Source: an uncultured bacterium
GTDB taxonomy: Bacteria; Chloroflexota; UBA5177; JANWHV01
Direction: 5' to 3'
Assembly (NCBI GenBank): GCA_963827235.1
Contig: CAWHAE010000015.1
Coordinates: forward strand, 64,001 to 128,000
Length of the DNA stretch: 64,000 bases
The notes below the pieces were generated by a model that did no database searches, had not been told where the DNA came from, and worked only from the letters and a program-made list of their open reading frames with translations. This document shows, piece by piece, positions 1 to 9,585 of this stretch (its first letter is position 1; each line of letters begins with the position of its first letter). A program made the translations under genes and the position numbers.

Positions 1-26
1 AGACAGTTTTGGGAGGCAGATTCGAA

Positions 27-1967
27 ATGCTATTCATGAAGTCTCACGGTGGCGCAAGGCTGGCGCTCAGCGCGGCCCTGGTCGCGGGAAGCATAATCGT
101 CGCGACGCTGCCGCGAGCTCTTGCAGCTCCCGCCAGTTACAGCGCGACGGCGGCCATGGCAGGCGCGACCGCGGGACAGCTTGCCGCCAGCTCGCCGCTC
201 AGCTTATCCTCCACGACTGTATCGGCCGGTGGTACGATCAACGCGTCATTCACCTTGCAGAACCAGGGCAGTGCGTCGGTCGTGGTCACCGGTGCTGCCT
301 TTGCCACGCGCACGCCCAGCGGCGGCAACGCCGATTTCGGATGGACATGGAGCACCACGACCCTGGCACCCGGCCAGACCCTACCCATGCAGGGCAGCCG
401 GACGTTCAGCGCCTCGGACGCCCTGGGCATGTGGACGATCTTCGCCAGCTATCGCACCAGCGATAACGTGTGGCACGACCTGGCGCCGACCCTCTCGCTC
501 ACGGTGAGCGCACCGGCTCCGGCCGCTACGGCGACCAAGCCTGCGCCCACCGCCACGCAGCCGGCGCCCACGGCTACACTGCCCACCGTGGCTCAGCTCT
601 CCGCCAGCTCGCCGCTCAGCTTGTCGTCGACGACGGTATGCGCCGGCAGTACGATCAACGCGTCGGTCACCCTGCAGAACCTGGGCAGCGCCTCGGTCGT
701 GGTCACCGGTGCCGCCTTTGCCACGCGCACGCCCAGCGGCGGCAACGCCGATTTCGGATGGACATGGAGCACCACGACCCTGGCACCCGGCCAGACCCTA
801 CCCATGCAGGGCAGCCGGACGTTCAGCGCCTCGGACGCCCTGGGCGTGTGGACGATCTTCGCCAGCTATCGCACCAGCGATAACGTGTGGCACGACCTGG
901 CACCGACCCTCTCGCTCACGGTGAGCGCACCGGCTCCGGCCGCTACGGCGACCAAGCCTGCGCCCACCGCCACGCAACCTGCCCCCACGGCGACCAAGCC
1001 GGCGCCCACGGCGACCAAGCCGGCGGCGACTGCGACGCAGCCTGCGCCTACGGCCACCAAGCCGGCGCCCACGGCTACAGCCACGACAGTACCTGCGTCT
1101 GGTAGCACCATCGCGCTCGGCGCCACGATTCACGACAACGGCACCTACGTCGGGCCAAGCACCGGCCTCCTCGAGTGGTATACCAGCACTGTCGGCCGTA
1201 TGCCCGCCATGGTGAATGCCGGGGGCGCCGCGTCGCTGACCGCGGCGTTCGACCCCAGCCTCGGCAACTACCTGCTGAGCAAGGGCACGACGTTCATGTG
1301 GACCATGATGCCGTCGACGAGCGACGCATCCGTCACCAGCGGCACCTACGACAGCTACTTCAACACCTTCGCCAAGGCCGTCAAGTCCTGGGGCCACACG
1401 CTCTACCTGCGCTTCGCTCACGAGGCGAACGGGAACTGGTATCCGTACGGCACAGAGGGCAACCCCAGTGGCGATACCCCGGCGAACTACGTGGCCATGT
1501 GGAAGCACGTGCACGACATCTTCACCAACGACGGCGCCACGAATGTCAAGTGGGTGTGGTGCATGAATGTGACCAGCAGCGGTATGCCCTCGTACTCCTC
1601 GCTCTACCCCGGAGACAACTACGTGGATTGGGTAGCGCTGGACGGCTATAACTGGGGCACCGACAATGGCAACGCCTGGCAGTCATTCTCCAGCGTGTTC
1701 AGCACCTCGTACCAGCAGATCACGGCGCTGACGAGCAAGCCGCTGATGATCGCCGAGACCGGATCGGCGGAAGACGGCGGCAGCAAGGCGAGCTGGATCA
1801 CGCAGGGCCTGCTGACCACCATGCCGCAGTCGTTCCCACGCATCAAGGCGTTGCTGTGGTTCGACTGGAACACCGGACCCGACTGGCGCGTGAACTCTTC
1901 CGCTTCGTCGCTGACGGCCTTCCAGTCCGTGGTTGCCTCGCCGCTGTACAGCGGGTCCATGTCCTGA
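27..1967 (+). CDS. Secreted glycoside hydrolase family 26 (beta-mannanase-like) with two duplicated N-terminal Ig-like domains and a Pro/Thr linker
   Basis: Signal peptide ending ALA-A. GH26 motifs LRFAHEANGNWYPYG, YPGDNYVDWVALDGYN and KPLMIAETG. GGAGG at 12-16 precedes ATG 27 (ATG 36 is an alternative). Confidence 0.85.
   Translation: MLFMKSHGGARLALSAALVAGSIIVATLPRALAAPASYSATAAMAGATAGQLAASSPLSLSSTTVSAGGTINASFTLQNQGSASVVVTGAAFATRTPSGGNADFGWTWSTTTLAPGQTLPMQGSRTFSASDALGMWTIFASYRTSDNVWHDLAPTLSLTVSAPAPAATATKPAPTATQPAPTATLPTVAQLSASSPLSLSSTTVCAGSTINASVTLQNLGSASVVVTGAAFATRTPSGGNADFGWTWSTTTLAPGQTLPMQGSRTFSASDALGVWTIFASYRTSDNVWHDLAPTLSLTVSAPAPAATATKPAPTATQPAPTATKPAPTATKPAATATQPAPTATKPAPTATATTVPASGSTIALGATIHDNGTYVGPSTGLLEWYTSTVGRMPAMVNAGGAASLTAAFDPSLGNYLLSKGTTFMWTMMPSTSDASVTSGTYDSYFNTFAKAVKSWGHTLYLRFAHEANGNWYPYGTEGNPSGDTPANYVAMWKHVHDIFTNDGATNVKWVWCMNVTSSGMPSYSSLYPGDNYVDWVALDGYNWGTDNGNAWQSFSSVFSTSYQQITALTSKPLMIAETGSAEDGGSKASWITQGLLTTMPQSFPRIKALLWFDWNTGPDWRVNSSASSLTAFQSVVASPLYSGSMS
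177..992 (+). repeat. Near-identical 417-bp tandem duplication inside the GH26 gene (139-aa unit)
   Basis: ccacgcgcacgcccagcggcggcaac occurs at 304 and 721. The protein unit QL.ASSPLSLSSTTV...HDLAPTLSLTVSAPAPAATATKPAPTATQPAPTAT occurs twice. Confidence 0.9.
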
Positions 1968-2047
1968 CGCGCAGGCGAGTCGCCGAGCCCCTGCCTGCAG
2001 GCGTTGCGCGCACCGTTTGCACGGCACCAGGGCCGAGCACCGGACTG

Positions 2048-2093
2048 AACACCAAGGGACCGCCAAAGTTGCCGGTCCCTTGGTGTTTCCTTC
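2048..2093. terminator. Likely intrinsic, possibly bidirectional terminator
   Basis: Perfect 15-bp inverted repeat aacaccaagggaccg (2048-2062) / cggtcccttggtgtt (2073-2087), followed by pyrimidines, between convergent genes. Confidence 0.7.
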
Positions 2094-2155
2094 TCGGTCG
2101 ATCTGCTCGGCATGATCCGCGGTGCCGCACCGCTCTGCCGTACGCGCCCGGAGCG

Positions 2156-3250
2156 CTACCGCGACGGAGCGTAGCGGTACACGCCGTACTGCGTTGCGGC
2201 GAGGAGGGTGGGCGTGGCATCCGCCGATGCGCCGGCGAGTGCCAGGGCAAGAATCGTGTTCTGCGCGCCGATCAAGCCTCGGCCAAGCTGCTGCCAGGCG
2301 GAGGTTCCCTGCTTGACGTAGATGCCGTATCCCATGGTCCCGGCGTAGAGCAGCGGCGGCCCGTGGCCGGCAAGCGCCACCAGAGGCATTGCGTGCCGCT
2401 CAGGCAGTCCCTGGCTGATGTCGTGCCAGCTGCCCTCTGCAGGCCGTTCCCACACGCCGCCGCCCATGGTGGTCAGGATCACGGCAGGCGGCTGTGTGTC
2501 AAGAGCAAGGAGGGTCTCGGTCGGCAGCTCCGCGGGCAGTCCGCCGGCTGCCGCGTGCCAGGTGCTCCCGTCGTCGTCGCTGGCCATTACCGGGGGCGTG
2601 ACGCCGAACACGCTGGCCATGACGTGACTACCGGTTGCCGGAAACCAGACGATAGAAGAGATGGAGGCGTCATCCGTGCGCGCGGTACGCTTCCACTGCC
2701 ATCCGTGCGCGCCGCGGGCGCCGCGATAGAGCGCGCCGGACGTCCCTGCCAGGATCACCGGCGGCGCGTGCGCGACGGCGAGGCTGAATATCGGGGTGCC
2801 TCCGAGGGGGGAGCTCGCCGCTTGCCACGCAACGCTGCCGAGGATGCCGCCGGCGGCGTGGACCACGCCGTCCTCGTCGCCGGCATAGAGTGTCGTGCCG
2901 CCGGTGTCGACGGCCAGCGCAGTGATTACTCGGCCGCGCATGCCGGCGCGCTCCCAGGAAGTACCCGCGTCGAGGGATCGCCAGGCGCCGTCGTCGGTGC
3001 CGGCGAACAGCACGGCGGGGCGCGCGGGGTCTGCCAGCAGGGCGTTGGTCTGCTCCCGCAGTCCGGTAGCCGTCCACAAGCCGCCGGTCCGGGGTCCCGT
3101 CCACACCGCGGGCGTAGCCGGCCCCGCGCTTCGGTCGGCTACGCCCAGGACGGAGGCGAGGACGGTAATGAGCAGGAGCACGATGACTCCCAGCCGCTTG
3201 CCCCGGATGCCGTTCCACCCGGGCCCACCGTCTCCGTCACGTATCTTCAT
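2156..3250 (-). CDS. Exported BNR/Asp-box repeat beta-propeller protein
   Basis: N-terminal hydrophobic segment. Asp-boxes SLDAGTSW and SDDDGSTW. Repeated LYAGT/LFAGT blades. Confidence 0.7.
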   Translation of the reverse strand: MKIRDGDGGPGWNGIRGKRLGVIVLLLITVLASVLGVADRSAGPATPAVWTGPRTGGLWTATGLREQTNALLADPARPAVLFAGTDDGAWRSLDAGTSWERAGMRGRVITALAVDTGGTTLYAGDEDGVVHAAGGILGSVAWQAASSPLGGTPIFSLAVAHAPPVILAGTSGALYRGARGAHGWQWKRTARTDDASISSIVWFPATGSHVMASVFGVTPPVMASDDDGSTWHAAAGGLPAELPTETLLALDTQPPAVILTTMGGGVWERPAEGSWHDISQGLPERHAMPLVALAGHGPPLLYAGTMGYGIYVKQGTSAWQQLGRGLIGAQNTILALALAGASADATPTLLAATQYGVYRYAPSR

Positions 3251-3266
3251 CTGCAGCTTGAGGAGC

Positions 3267-4331
3267 TCAGCTCGCGTACGTCACGGAGGCCGTCTTCACG
3301 GTGGCCGAGACCACGAACTTGTCCCACATGCCGGCCAGTGCATGCCCGGGGACGCCGCAAATCAGCATGTACGTGCCGGCCTTGTTGGCCACGAACGTGA
3401 ATGTAGTCGGACCGCTCGTTCTCGGCGGGCGATTGCCGGCCGGCGGCCGGCCGGAGGACGAGCCGCCGGCGCCGGGCCGGAAGCCCGAGAAGGACGAGCG
3501 GGCGCCCGCGAAAGCCGGCGTGACGCTGTGGCTCGGCAACGCCCGCATATTGGGGATTACCAGCACGTCGTGCGGCGTGGTCGAGTCATTCTTGAACGTG
3601 GCGACCACCTTGGAGCCGAGTGGCACGGTCACGGTCATGCGGCCGTAGGCGCCGCCGTCGAAGTTGAAGCCGGCATTGGCATTGTTCCAATCCGCCACCA
3701 GGGTGAGGTCGACGACATTGCCCTTGGTCGTCACCCAGGTAGGCGTCTTCGAAGGCGGAGCGGCAGGCGCGCCGGTGGTGGCGAGGTCGGAGCCGTTGAA
3801 GGCGACGCTCGCGGTCTTGGCTGAAGACGATACGATCAGCGTGTCCCACATGCCGGCCAGCGCGTGGCCGGAAATACCGCATACGATCATGTAGGTGCCT
3901 GCTGTGCTTGCCACAAATGAGAACGCCTGGGCCGTGCTCGGCCGCGGCGCGCTGCCGGGGCGGAACTGAGGCAGTGGCGAGGCGGCGCCGGCAAATGCCG
4001 GCTTCGTGGCACCGCCGGGAAGTGCCTTCTGGAAGGGAATGATTACCGCGTCGTGCAGCGCCCCGGAGCCGGCGTTCTTGAACGTAGCATCCACCGTGTC
4101 GCCGAGCGGTATGGTCACCACCATCTGCCCGTGCGCGGCGCCGTTGAAGTTGAATCCGGCGTTGACGTTGTTCCAGCCCGCGATCAGCGTGAGGTGGACG
4201 ACCTTTCCCGTCGTGGTCACCCAGGTGGGTGCCTGGGCAGCCGCCCGCGCCCCGGCCGGGCCGACCAGGCCGGCAAGCACGGCTCCCGCGATCAGACCGC
4301 CCTGTATGCAGTGTGTTCTGGACCTTGGCAT
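3267..4331 (-). CDS. Secreted tandem sulfocyanin/rusticyanin-like blue copper protein (two cupredoxin domains)
   Basis: Two type-1 Cu motifs, CGISGHALAGM and CGVPGHALAGM, each with an upstream His (LHDAVII, PHDVLVI) and an FNFNG/FNFDG motif. Signal peptide. GGAGG about 12 nt upstream of ATG 4331. Confidence 0.85.
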   Translation of the reverse strand: MPRSRTHCIQGGLIAGAVLAGLVGPAGARAAAQAPTWVTTTGKVVHLTLIAGWNNVNAGFNFNGAAHGQMVVTIPLGDTVDATFKNAGSGALHDAVIIPFQKALPGGATKPAFAGAASPLPQFRPGSAPRPSTAQAFSFVASTAGTYMIVCGISGHALAGMWDTLIVSSSAKTASVAFNGSDLATTGAPAAPPSKTPTWVTTKGNVVDLTLVADWNNANAGFNFDGGAYGRMTVTVPLGSKVVATFKNDSTTPHDVLVIPNMRALPSHSVTPAFAGARSSFSGFRPGAGGSSSGRPPAGNRPPRTSGPTTFTFVANKAGTYMLICGVPGHALAGMWDKFVVSATVKTASVTYAS

Positions 4332-4446
4332 GCTACTGAAAACCTCCACTCCGGCGGCGAACACACCGCGCCGTTCGGGCAACATCGCCCGACCGTCACG
4401 CCGCCCACCGCCCACTCCACTCCTGTCACGGCCGCGCGACCATGAC

Positions 4447-4464
4447 TACTACACAAGCGTAGTA
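4447..4464. promoter_or_regulatory. Putative BlaI-family operator TACTAC-N6-GTAGTA upstream of the cupredoxin gene
   Basis: tactac acaagc gtagta; the same arms and spacing recur at 5464-5481. Confidence 0.7.
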
Positions 4465-4653
4465 AATCGTCCGGTAACGATCAATGGCTCCGGCCGAAGG
4501 GGCCGTACCCGAGATCCGATCCAGCCCCTCGGTCCGCCGATCCGCGGACCGAGGCCGTCGTGCCCGCCTCCCGACGTGCCCGGCATGGCTTCCATCCTCG
4601 CAAGACAACAACCCGCTGCATCACACTGTGCAGGGGTTCCGGCCGGACGCCGG

Positions 4654-5415
4654 CTACCGTGACGCGCCGGCGATACCGCCGGCCAGCAGCGAATACGACT
4701 GCTCACCCGAGTCGGCATAGCGAATGATGCCGTTCTTGTCGAGCACGTAGATCGTGGGGTAGCTGCTCACGCCGTATGTGTTGACCGTTGAGAAATTGGG
4801 ATCGATCAGTGTCGGGTGCTTGACGCCGAAGTTCTGGATAAACCAGCTGACGTCGGACTTGGACACGCCGCTGAGGTCGGTGCCGCCGCTCGTGTCGTAG
4901 TTGCGGCCGTAGGGACTGGAGAGCACGGCCAGCGTCTGCAGGCCCTTGGGGCCATAGTTCTTGTCGATCTGGTTCAGGATGCCGGACTCCGCCTGGCAGT
5001 ACGGGCACCAAACGGCGAAGAACTCGAGCAGCACGGGCCGGCCCTTCAGCGACGAGAGGCTGTAGCGTTTGCCGTCTATGGTCGAGAGCGTGAAGCCCGG
5101 CGCCGCGGTCCCGGTGCTCAGCAGCTGCCCGCTAGGGTTGTAGGCACTCGCGCTCACCAGGTCACCTGCCGTGCTCGTGGTGCTCCTGGTGGCCAGGATA
5201 GCGGCTGCGATGCCGGCGGCGATGAGCACCAGCAGGCCGGACGAGAGCAGCACGAAGCGCTTGCGGGCACGCGCCGCCGACGTCCGCCTCATATACCGGG
5301 AGCGCACCGGCTTGACGGGGGCTTGCAACGCCGATCGCCGGGTGGACAGGGTAGCCACACCGTCCTGCGTGCTGGTCGTTCGATCGCTTCTGGCGAGGCT
5401 CGATCGCTTGCTCAT
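4654..5415 (-). CDS. Membrane-anchored TlpA/ResA-like thiol-disulfide oxidoreductase
   Basis: One TM helix, then APGFTL, LKGRPVLLEFFAVWCPYC and YPTIYVLDKNG (CxxC thioredoxin fold). AAGGA precedes ATG 5415. Confidence 0.85.
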   Translation of the reverse strand: MSKRSSLARSDRTTSTQDGVATLSTRRSALQAPVKPVRSRYMRRTSAARARKRFVLLSSGLLVLIAAGIAAAILATRSTTSTAGDLVSASAYNPSGQLLSTGTAAPGFTLSTIDGKRYSLSSLKGRPVLLEFFAVWCPYCQAESGILNQIDKNYGPKGLQTLAVLSSPYGRNYDTSGGTDLSGVSKSDVSWFIQNFGVKHPTLIDPNFSTVNTYGVSSYPTIYVLDKNGIIRYADSGEQSYSLLAGGIAGASR

Positions 5416-5463
5416 CTTGTCCTTCTCTGTCCGATAGCACCCAACCGGCATTTGGTGAATTTG

Positions 5464-5481
5464 TACTACGCAAATGTAGTA
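5464..5481. promoter_or_regulatory. Putative BlaI-family operator in the divergent tlpA/blaI intergenic region
   Basis: tactac gcaaat gtagta, overlapping a TATAAT at 5480-5485. Confidence 0.75.
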
Positions 5482-5622
5482 TAATTGACCCACAGAACGC
5501 GTCAAGACACGATGCCGGCCGGGCCGGTGGTTGTTTCTCTTCCTCTTCGTTCGTACGATCGAGGGGAACCAGGAATAGGCGGCCCCGCGTGGGCGGGCCT
5601 GCAGCGCACGAAGGAATCGCGA

Positions 5623-6057
5623 ATGGTGCGTCGCGGACGGCGGGATCGGCGTGACCTCGCCGTGCATGGCGAACAGAAGTATCTGGGCGAGCTGCAGGCA
5701 CAGATCATGGAGATCGCGTGGTCTCGCGCCGCCGTGACCGTGCGCGAGGTCATGGATGCCCTGGGCGCCGGCCGCGATCTGGCCTATACGACGGTCATGA
5801 CCGTGATGTCGCGACTGGCGGACCAGAGTATCCTCAGCCGCGAGCGCGTAGGCAAGACCTATGTCTACCGACCGGCCTGCTCGCGCGATGAGTTTCGAGC
5901 CGGCATCGCGGGCACCATCGTCAACGACTTGATCGTCGACTTCGGCGATCTCGCTCTATCGCAATTCGTCGACGCGCTCGAGCGTACGGATCCCGGTCGC
6001 CTGGAGCGCCTGCGCGTGTTCTTCAATGCCGCCGAGCAGACAGATGACCGTCCGTAG
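5623..6057 (+). CDS. BlaI/MecI/CopY family transcriptional repressor
   Basis: LGELQAQIMEIAW, TVREV, LAYTTVMTVMSRL, RERVGKTYVY. AAGGA RBS before ATG 5623. Confidence 0.9.
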   Translation: MVRRGRRDRRDLAVHGEQKYLGELQAQIMEIAWSRAAVTVREVMDALGAGRDLAYTTVMTVMSRLADQSILSRERVGKTYVYRPACSRDEFRAGIAGTIVNDLIVDFGDLALSQFVDALERTDPGRLERLRVFFNAAEQTDDRP

Positions 6058-7036
6058 GCCGTTTGCCGGTCTTCTGGCCGTGGCTGCTCTCGGCACGGCC
6101 CTTGCCGCCGCTCTGCTGCTGGTTGCTTTCCCTCCGCCCCCGCTCGGGGAGGCACTCAGACGCTGCTGCGAGTCCGGCAACTTCTGCTCCAGTCTGTTGC
6201 GATTCGGGCATCAGGTTGGTACGCCGCTCTTTCTCGCCCTGCTCCCCTGGTGCCTGCTCCGGGGACTGGGCCATGGCGCGCACCAGTGGTGGCTGACCCA
6301 CCGCGCCGTCGGGCGCCTGCGAGCGCGCGGCACTTGCGCGGTGACAGGCGAGGTGCAGGCGCTCTCCTCACGGCTCGGATTGCACCAGCGGCTGACCATC
6401 GTCGACATCGACGCGCCGCTCGCCTTCTGCCACGGCCTCTGGCGACCGTGTGTGTGGTTGTCGACGGGCATGCTGAATCTGCTTTCCATCCCGGAAGCAG
6501 CCGCGGTGCTGCGCCACGAGCAGGCGCACCTGCGTCTCCGGCACCCGTTGCAGCTCCTGGTAGCGCGCTCCCTGGCCGCCGCTTTCCCGTTCCTGCCCGT
6601 GCTGCGCGAGCTGACCGAGGCGGTCGTGCGCGCGCAAGAGCTGGCCGCGGATCGCGCGGTGATCGGTGCCGGCGAGCGCTATGCACTGGGACGTGCGCTG
6701 CTGGCTCTGGCTGCCGCGCCGAGAGCGACCGTGAGCGTTCCGGCCCCGAGCATGGTCGGTGCCCTGGATGCCCGGCTCGATCAGCTTACCGGCGTGAGCT
6801 CCGCGCCGCTGCAGCTCTCACGGCGCGCGCTGGTTCTTACCTGGCTGGCATTTGCGTTCGGCGTGCTACTGCTTCGCATGAGCAGCATGGCGCTGCCTCC
6901 GCAACACACGCTGCTCGGCCTGTTCGAGCTGCCGCCGGTGCGGCTCGCCGTATCCTGGCCCTGCCTGGCTGCCGCGTGTCTGCTGGCCGGCGCGCTGCAG
7001 GCGGCATCCCTGGCGATGGCGCGCGACCCATCCTAA
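6044..7036 (+). CDS. M56 family (BlaR1-like) membrane metallopeptidase without a penicillin-binding sensor domain
   Basis: Zinc motif HEQAH, ELAAD, AFCHGLWRP and TM segments. Overlaps the blaI stop. Confidence 0.85.
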   Translation: MTVRRPFAGLLAVAALGTALAAALLLVAFPPPPLGEALRRCCESGNFCSSLLRFGHQVGTPLFLALLPWCLLRGLGHGAHQWWLTHRAVGRLRARGTCAVTGEVQALSSRLGLHQRLTIVDIDAPLAFCHGLWRPCVWLSTGMLNLLSIPEAAAVLRHEQAHLRLRHPLQLLVARSLAAAFPFLPVLRELTEAVVRAQELAADRAVIGAGERYALGRALLALAAAPRATVSVPAPSMVGALDARLDQLTGVSSAPLQLSRRALVLTWLAFAFGVLLLRMSSMALPPQHTLLGLFELPPVRLAVSWPCLAAACLLAGALQAASLAMARDPS

Positions 7037-7415
7037 AGGCAAGCCACGCTGGGAACCACAACGGCAGCGCGCGCATACGATGTCCCACAATTCATCACAG
7101 GGACCTCGCTGCTGCCCTGCCGACCCACTGCGGCAGGTATCCCGATCCCAGCCTGGCGCTAGTGCCGGCGCGGCCATTCACCCCGAGCCCAGAGGGGCTG
7201 CGCCGACCGGAATCCCGTGCTATCCTACAAGAAGAGTGTCCAAACAGTTGAAGCAGTAATTTCCTCCATTCATCGCATCGCGCGCATGCCGGGCGGCAGG
7301 GTGATGGTTGCGCCGGCGGACCTCCAGGCAAACAGTGTTGGCCCCGCATACGGGGTTAGGGTGGGTATCGTCCAAGGTGAGTCAAGAATACGCAGCCCCT
7401 GCCGCTGGTCTCCAG

Positions 7416-8381
7416 ATGTCGCATGCCGATGCGAGCATCTCGGTGATCATTTGCGCCTATGCGGACGCGCGTTCCAGCCTGCTGGCAGCAGCAGTGCAGT
7501 CGGTTGGTGCCCAGAGCCTGCCCGCGTGTGAGATCATCGTGGTCGTCGATCACAACGCCGCGCTCCTCGCCTGGGTGCGTGCCGAGCTGCCCGGCGTCGT
7601 GGCACTGGCGAATTGCCACGATCGCGGCCTGAGCGGCGCCCGCAATACGGGAGTGGAGGCTGCGCGGGGCACGGTCGTGGCTTTTCTGGACGACGATGCC
7701 CTCGCGACTCCCGAGTGGCTGCTTCGCCTGCAGGTCTGCTACGAGGATGCGCGGGTAGTGGGCGCCGGCGGATCCATCTCGCCGCTGTGGGAAGCCGGCA
7801 GACCGACCTGGTTTCCGCCCGAATTCGACTGGGTGGTGGGCTGCACCTATCGCGGCATGCCCGCTTCGGTCAGCGCGGTCCGCAACCTGATTGGCGCCAA
7901 CATGTCCTTCCGGCGCGACGCCTGTCTGGAAGTGGGAGGCTTTCGCAGCGCGCTCGGCCGCGTGGGTGCTTCGGGAGCAGGCTGCGAGGAAACGGAGCTG
8001 TGTATCCGCCTCCGGCACCACGATCCGCGTCGCCTCGTGCTCTACGATCCACGCGCCCGGGTGCTGCATCACGTGCCGAGCGGCCGGACCCGACGCGAGT
8101 ACTTCATCAAACGCTGCCTTGGCGAAGGCCGCTCCAAGGCCCAGGTCGCATCCTCGGTAGGGGCCGGCGACGGGCTTTCGGCCGAGCGGGCCTACACACT
8201 CAGGACGCTCCCCTTGGGCTGCGCGCGAGGGGTGGCCGAAGGGGTCGTCAGAGGAGATGCTTCCGGGTTCGCCCGCGCGGGCGCCATCGCCGGGGGCCTC
8301 GCCGTCACGACCGTGGGCTACCTGAGCGGCCGGCTGCAGAGACGATCCGCGCCGGCGGAGATCCTCAATGGCGGCAAGTAG
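7416..8381 (+). CDS. Glycosyltransferase family 2
   Basis: SVIICAY, EIIVVVD, GLSGARNTG, AFLDDD, GANMSFRR, EETELC. Start is uncertain. Confidence 0.9.
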   Translation: MSHADASISVIICAYADARSSLLAAAVQSVGAQSLPACEIIVVVDHNAALLAWVRAELPGVVALANCHDRGLSGARNTGVEAARGTVVAFLDDDALATPEWLLRLQVCYEDARVVGAGGSISPLWEAGRPTWFPPEFDWVVGCTYRGMPASVSAVRNLIGANMSFRRDACLEVGGFRSALGRVGASGAGCEETELCIRLRHHDPRRLVLYDPRARVLHHVPSGRTRREYFIKRCLGEGRSKAQVASSVGAGDGLSAERAYTLRTLPLGCARGVAEGVVRGDASGFARAGAIAGGLAVTTVGYLSGRLQRRSAPAEILNGGK

Positions 8382-9585
8382 GCCGGACGCCGCGGCGTCC
8401 GTTTCTCGTACGGGCGTGACGCGCGTGCTGATGGTGACACCCCGCTATTATCCGCTGTCCGGCGGCGTGGAGCATCACGTCCGGCAGGTGGCCGAACGGC
8501 TGGCGCGCCTCGGCATCGAGGTCTCCGTGCTGACGACCGATCCGTCGGGGCGGCTCCGGCGGCGGGAGCTGCTCGACGGCGTCACGGTGCGGCGTGTCCG
8601 GGCGTGGCCGTCCAATCGCGACTACTACTTCGCGCCGTCTATCTACACGTCGATCCGCCGCGGGGACTGGGATATCGTGCATTGCCAGTCTTACCACACA
8701 CTGGTCGCGCCCCTGGCCATGGCCGCCGCGGTGCGGGCCGGCCTTCCCTACGTGGTGACGTTTCACGGCGGTGGAAGCAGCTCGCGCCTGCGACATGCCG
8801 CTCGCGGGCAGCAGCTCCGACTGCTCCGCCCCCTGCTGGCCCGCGCGGACAAGCTCGTGGCCGTGGCGGGGTTCGAGGTCGATCTGTATGGAAAGCTCCT
8901 TGGTGTCCCTCGCGACCGCTTCGCGGTCATTCCCAACGGGGCGGATGTGACTGCCGTGCCGCATCCCGACGCGCCGCCGCCGTCCGGATCGCTGATCATC
9001 TCGATCGGCCGGCTGGAGCGCTACAAGGGGCACCAGCGCATTCTCGCCGCCTTCCCCGCCGTTCTGGCCCGGCGTCCCGACGCCCGGCTGTGGATCATGG
9101 GAGAAGGCCGATACGAGGGCGCCTTGCGCAAGCAGGCGCAGGATCTTCGCGTGGCAGATCGGGTAGAGATTCGCGCCATTCCTCCGGGCAACCGTCAGGC
9201 CATGGCCGATGCCCTCTCCGGGGCCGCGCTGGTCACCCTGCTCAGCGAGTACGAGACGCATCCGATCGCCGTGCTCGAGGCGTTGGCGCTCGGGCGATCG
9301 GTGCTCGTGGCCGATACGTCGGGTCTACACGAGCTGGCAATGAAGGGCCTGGTCCGGGCGATCCCTCTTGTTTCCACACCCCGGCAGGTTGCCGCGGCAG
9401 TGCTGGCCCAGCTCGAGCAGCCCCTGCAGCCAAAGGACGTCGTACTGCCGACCTGGGATAGCTGTACTCATGAGCTTCTGGCACTCTATGATAGGGTATG
9501 GCTCGATCGCGCGGCCCGCACAGGCAGCTGCGGAAGTGCAGCGTCCACACGACATGGGGGTCGGGACGTAGCTCTCCGTGCCTGA
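8368..9585 (+). CDS. Glycosyltransferase family 4
   Basis: GGVEHHV, VIPNG, GRLERYKG, ETHPIAVLEALALG. Confidence 0.9.
   Translation: MAASRPDAAASVSRTGVTRVLMVTPRYYPLSGGVEHHVRQVAERLARLGIEVSVLTTDPSGRLRRRELLDGVTVRRVRAWPSNRDYYFAPSIYTSIRRGDWDIVHCQSYHTLVAPLAMAAAVRAGLPYVVTFHGGGSSSRLRHAARGQQLRLLRPLLARADKLVAVAGFEVDLYGKLLGVPRDRFAVIPNGADVTAVPHPDAPPPSGSLIISIGRLERYKGHQRILAAFPAVLARRPDARLWIMGEGRYEGALRKQAQDLRVADRVEIRAIPPGNRQAMADALSGAALVTLLSEYETHPIAVLEALALGRSVLVADTSGLHELAMKGLVRAIPLVSTPRQVAAAVLAQLEQPLQPKDVVLPTWDSCTHELLALYDRVWLDRAARTGSCGSAASTRHGGRDVALRA

Noticed and set aside
5623-7036. Beta-lactam resistance locus
   Set aside because: No beta-lactamase or PBP lies nearby, and the M56 protein lacks the sensor domain.
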